Shown in pieces: positions 29,839 through 32,608 of a stretch of DNA of 32,608 nt; the first letter of the stretch is position 1; every line of letters begins with the position of its first letter. A program made the translations under genes and the position numbers. The DNA is taken from assembly GCA_039191195.1 (NCBI GenBank), contig JBCCXV010000001.1, positions 1-32,608 on the forward strand, given 5' to 3'. The DNA is from Planctomycetota bacterium. GTDB lineage: Bacteria; Planctomycetota; Phycisphaerae; Phycisphaerales; Phycisphaeraceae. The notes beneath the pieces were generated by a model. That model was not told the origin of the DNA, searched no databases, and worked only from the letters and a program-made list of their open reading frames with translations.

Positions 29839-31335
29839 TCAGCCGTACTTCGACCCGCCCGGGCCGACGGCCTTGCTCAGCAGGTCGTGCACATACAGAC
29901 CCTCGAGGATGAACTCCCCGGCGCCCGCCAGGTGCTGCGGGTCGTCGGCGTGCAAGCCCAAACGCGGCGCCAGGGCCCGTGCGGCGTCCAGCAACCCCGG
30001 CACGTGCTCAAAGCTCGCCAGCAGGTCGTCGGCCGACGCCGTATCCCCGATCGACAGCCTCATCCCGCTGCCGAACGGCTCGGCCAGCTCGGCGAGCTCG
30101 TCCACGTCGGCGACGTCGGCGAAGAGCTCCTTGACCGCCTCGCCCACGAGCGAGCGCACCAGCTTGTCCTCGGTGTCCTGGCCGTCGTCGGCCATCATGA
30201 GCTCGATCTTGCCCCGGGTCGCGGCCACCACGTGCTCGAGGTCGCCCACACGCGCCGCGACGCGCGGCTCGCCGGTCAGCAGCGCCCGGCGCTCGGCGGC
30301 GCTCACCAGCGCCTCGACGCACGCGATCGAGGTCCGCACCGACACGCCCGAAGCCTGGTTGATGTGGCTGCTGGTCCGGGCCGCCGACACGGCCGACTCG
30401 ACCAGCCGGTGCAGGTAATCCGGGGCCTCCACCGCAGGACCCCGAAGCTCGGCGGGCGGGGCTTGGCCGTTGTCGCCAGCGGCCCGGTCGATCCAGGCGT
30501 TCTCGCGCGTGATGCGCACCGCCTCGTCCATCGTGCGCGGGTAGTGCGTGCGCACCACCGTGCCGATGCGGTCCTTGAGCGGCGTGACAATGCGCCCGCG
30601 GTTGGTGTAGTCCTCGGGGTTGGCCGAGAACACCAGGAACACGTCGAGCTCCAGCCGGATCGGGTACCCGCGGATCTGAACGTCGCGCTCTTCGAGCACG
30701 TTGAACAAGCCCACCTGGATGCGCGGCGCCAAGTCCGGCAGCTCGTTGATCGCGAAGATGCCCCGGTTGCTCCGCGGGATCAGCCCGTAGTGCATCGTCG
30801 CTTCGTCGGACAGCGCACGGCCCTCGGCGTGCTTGATCAGGTCGACCTCGCCGATCAGGTCTGCGATGGTCACATCCGGCGTCGCCAGCTTCTCGTGGAA
30901 GCGCTCGCTGCGGTGCAGCCAGCGGATGGGCGTGTCGTCGCCGTGTTCTTCGACGCGCTTCCGCCCCGCCCTCGTGGTCGGGTGGAGCGGGTCGTCGGGC
31001 GCTTCGAGGTCGGTCAGGATGGGGACCCACTCGTCCAGCAGGCTCGGCAACATCCGCAACATGCGCGTCTTGGCCTGGCCCCGCAGGCCCAGGAACAGCA
31101 GGTCATGCCGGGCCAAGAGCCCGTGGGCGACCTGCGGAACGACCGTCTCGCCATAGCCGCGCACGCCCGGGAACAGGTCGTCGCCTTTGCGGAGTCGGGC
31201 CACGACGTTCTCCCGCAGCTCCTGCTTCACGCTGCGGTACCGGTAGCCGGTGGCCTTGAGCTGGCCGAGCGTCGCCGGCGTGGGGTGAGGCGCGGCGTGC
31301 GCAACGTCGGTCGATGCCGGGGCGGCGTGTGTCAC
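29839..31335 (-). CDS. AAA+ ATPase of the Mg-chelatase ChlI / MoxR / 'sigma-54 interaction domain-like' type.
   Basis: Within ORF 29839..31773 the likely start is GTG at 31335 (VTHAAPAS...). The protein contains GQLKATGYRYRSVKQELRENVVARL...HDLLFLGLRGQAKTRMLR...GLIPRSNRGIFAINELPDLAPRIQVGLFNVLEERDVQIRGYPIRLELDVFLVFSANPEDYTNRGRIVTPLKDR. This matches a widespread family usually annotated as magnesium chelatase or sigma-54-interacting ATPase. Confidence 0.75.
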   Translation of the reverse strand: MTHAAPASTDVAHAAPHPTPATLGQLKATGYRYRSVKQELRENVVARLRKGDDLFPGVRGYGETVVPQVAHGLLARHDLLFLGLRGQAKTRMLRMLPSLLDEWVPILTDLEAPDDPLHPTTRAGRKRVEEHGDDTPIRWLHRSERFHEKLATPDVTIADLIGEVDLIKHAEGRALSDEATMHYGLIPRSNRGIFAINELPDLAPRIQVGLFNVLEERDVQIRGYPIRLELDVFLVFSANPEDYTNRGRIVTPLKDRIGTVVRTHYPRTMDEAVRITRENAWIDRAAGDNGQAPPAELRGPAVEAPDYLHRLVESAVSAARTSSHINQASGVSVRTSIACVEALVSAAERRALLTGEPRVAARVGDLEHVVAATRGKIELMMADDGQDTEDKLVRSLVGEAVKELFADVADVDELAELAEPFGSGMRLSIGDTASADDLLASFEHVPGLLDAARALAPRLGLHADDPQHLAGAGEFILEGLYVHDLLSKAVGPGGSKYG

Positions 31336-31442
31336 CCGGGGTTGTAGCGCCCCCGCTCCGGGAAGTCGACCCCCGAAACCAGCCGCCGGGGACCCGCCTC
31401 CCCGTGCTTCGCGACACGAGCCGTGATCCGCCCGCCCTGGCG

Positions 31443-32207
31443 TCAGCCGCCAGCGAGGCCGGCGTACAAGAACGGCCCGTAGCCGACGGTGAACGCCCAG
31501 CAGCCGTACATCGCGTGCTCCAGCCCCGAGGCCAGCAGCGACCGGTGCTTGAGCTGCGTGCCGGTGAACAACAGCCCGCCCACGAGCGTGATCGCCACCG
31601 CCACCCACTCGAGCATCACCACGTGCGCCAGGCCGAAGATCGCGGCGCCGGCGAAGAGCATCGCCCGCCCCTGGCCCAGCACGCCCCGGTACCGGTGCAG
31701 CAGAACGCCGCGGTAGACCACGCCCTGGGCGAACACAGAGACCACCGGATAGGCCACCATGACGAACAGCCACGCCCCAGTTCGTTCCAACGGAAACCGG
31801 AATAGCCCTCCCGAAACGCTCTCATCGAACGCTTGGAGCACCACAAGCAGACCGACCATCGCGGCGCCCAGCACCACGAACCTCGGCAGGATCACCCGCA
31901 TCGCCGAGACCAAGGGCTTGCGGTCGAAGAAGGCGCCGAGATCGAACGTCTTGTCGCGCCAAAGCAGCAGCGCCCCGCCGAGCGCCCCCAGCAGCAACAG
32001 CGGGATGATCTGCGGCCTCAGCTCAGGGAAAACAATCCGGTACGCCACCACCGCCGCGGGCACGCCCATCCAGAACAGCACGATCTCGGCCGCCGCCTGA
32101 CGCGGACCCGGCAGGTACAGAGGCGAGTACGCCTCGGGCTGCGCCTGGGCGTCGGCCGACGAAGACTCGACGGCCTCGATCTCTCCGGGGCTCGTCGCCG
32201 TGCTCAA
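31443..32207 (-). CDS. CPBP (CAAX protease/Abi)-like polytopic membrane protein.
   Basis: Within ORF 31443..32543 a candidate TTG start at 32207 overlaps the lipB stop (TTGA). An ATG start (MGVPAAVV...) is the alternative. Motifs [18 protein letters not shown] and [10 protein letters not shown] fit the spacing of CPBP motifs 1-3, but motif 1 lacks the usual EE pair. Confidence 0.6.
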   Translation of the reverse strand: MSTATSPGEIEAVESSSADAQAQPEAYSPLYLPGPRQAAAEIVLFWMGVPAAVVAYRIVFPELRPQIIPLLLLGALGGALLLWRDKTFDLGAFFDRKPLVSAMRVILPRFVVLGAAMVGLLVVLQAFDESVSGGLFRFPLERTGAWLFVMVAYPVVSVFAQGVVYRGVLLHRYRGVLGQGRAMLFAGAAIFGLAHVVMLEWVAVAITLVGGLLFTGTQLKHRSLLASGLEHAMYGCWAFTVGYGPFLYAGLAGG

Positions 32208-32608
32208 GACAGTTGCTCGCGGTGGTTCAGGAAGCTTGCGGCAAGGTCTTGCTTCACCGCGGCCAGCGTAGGCGACGCATCGCCCAGCAAGGCCTTCAGG
32301 CTCGTGACGCCCCGCCCGGCCAAGCCGCATGGCACGATGGTCTGGAAGTGGGTCAAGTCCGGGTCCACGTTCAGGGCCAGGCCGTGCATGGTGACCTGCT
32401 TGCGCACGCGCACGCCCAGGGCGCACACCTTTTCGAGCGCCGCCCCGGGTTGGATGCGGGCCCACACGCCCGTGGCGCAGGCGTCGCGCTCGGCGGCCAC
32501 GCCGTACCCCTTCACGCAGGCCATCACCACGTCTTCCAGCCACCGCATGTACTGGTTCACGCCCACGGGCCTCGGCCCCCGGTCCAGCCGGAGGATCGGG
32601 TAGGCCAC
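32204..32608 (-). CDS. lipB: Octanoyltransferase (lipoyl(octanoyl) transferase), C-terminal part; the N-terminus lies beyond the right edge.
   Basis: Contains TGVW......[46 protein letters not shown], which carries the LipB catalytic K...G and PCG motifs. Confidence 0.85.
   Translation of the reverse strand: MAYPILRLDRGPRPVGVNQYMRWLEDVVMACVKGYGVAAERDACATGVWARIQPGAALEKVCALGVRVRKQVTMHGLALNVDPDLTHFQTIVPCGLAGRGVTSLKALLGDASPTLAAVKQDLAASFLNHREQLS

Noticed and set aside
29092-31347. 751-aa plus-strand ORF.
   Set aside because: It is antisense to the thioredoxin-like gene and the AAA+ ATPase gene, both supported by strong motifs. Its composition is typical of shadow ORFs.

Overview
This is a very GC-rich bacterial window, roughly 70% GC by eye (not computed). 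There are few Shine-Dalgarno-like sites, and many genes overlap by 4 nt (ATGA, GTGA or TTGA). The gene content (stand-alone RNAP alpha-CTD proteins, a sulfotransferase, large secreted beta-helix proteins) suggests a Planctomycetota-like genome, but that is only a guess.

Layout:
- 1-14.7 kb is an accessory surface-glycan locus. It holds a seven-gene minus-strand Wzx/Wzy-type operon: Wzx flippase, three glycosyltransferases, a Wzy/O-antigen-ligase-like protein, a GtrB/ArnC-like GT2, and the start of a GT39/ArnT-like GT-C enzyme. Next come two paralogous secreted right-handed beta-helix proteins (about 642 aa and 1114 aa) that bracket an oppositely oriented sulfotransferase gene.
- 14.7-32.6 kb is mostly housekeeping: aat, tRNA-Phe, a YggL-like ORF, a LysM protein, an orphan ExbB/TolQ-like channel, glgP, a CsaA-domain fusion, an FHA protein, thiL, tsaE, a SAM methyltransferase, two tRNA-Thr genes, a CIA30-like protein, a TPR + 2x RNAP-alpha-CTD protein, a GT4-NUDIX pair, a His-tailed thioredoxin-like protein, a ChlI/MoxR-like AAA+ ATPase, a CPBP-like membrane protein and partial lipB.

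The most unusual signals are not genes. A family of short CCGG(A)-core tandem repeats forms helically phased arrays (11 bp) in three intergenic regions. The best array has six exact 11-bp steps and lies directly after the tandem alpha-CTD gene. Related in-frame versions (12-bp and 9-bp periods) occur inside aat and the methyltransferase gene.

I found no CRISPR array, transposase, integrase or recognisable defence system. Many long ORFs in the track are antisense shadows typical of high-GC DNA and were rejected.
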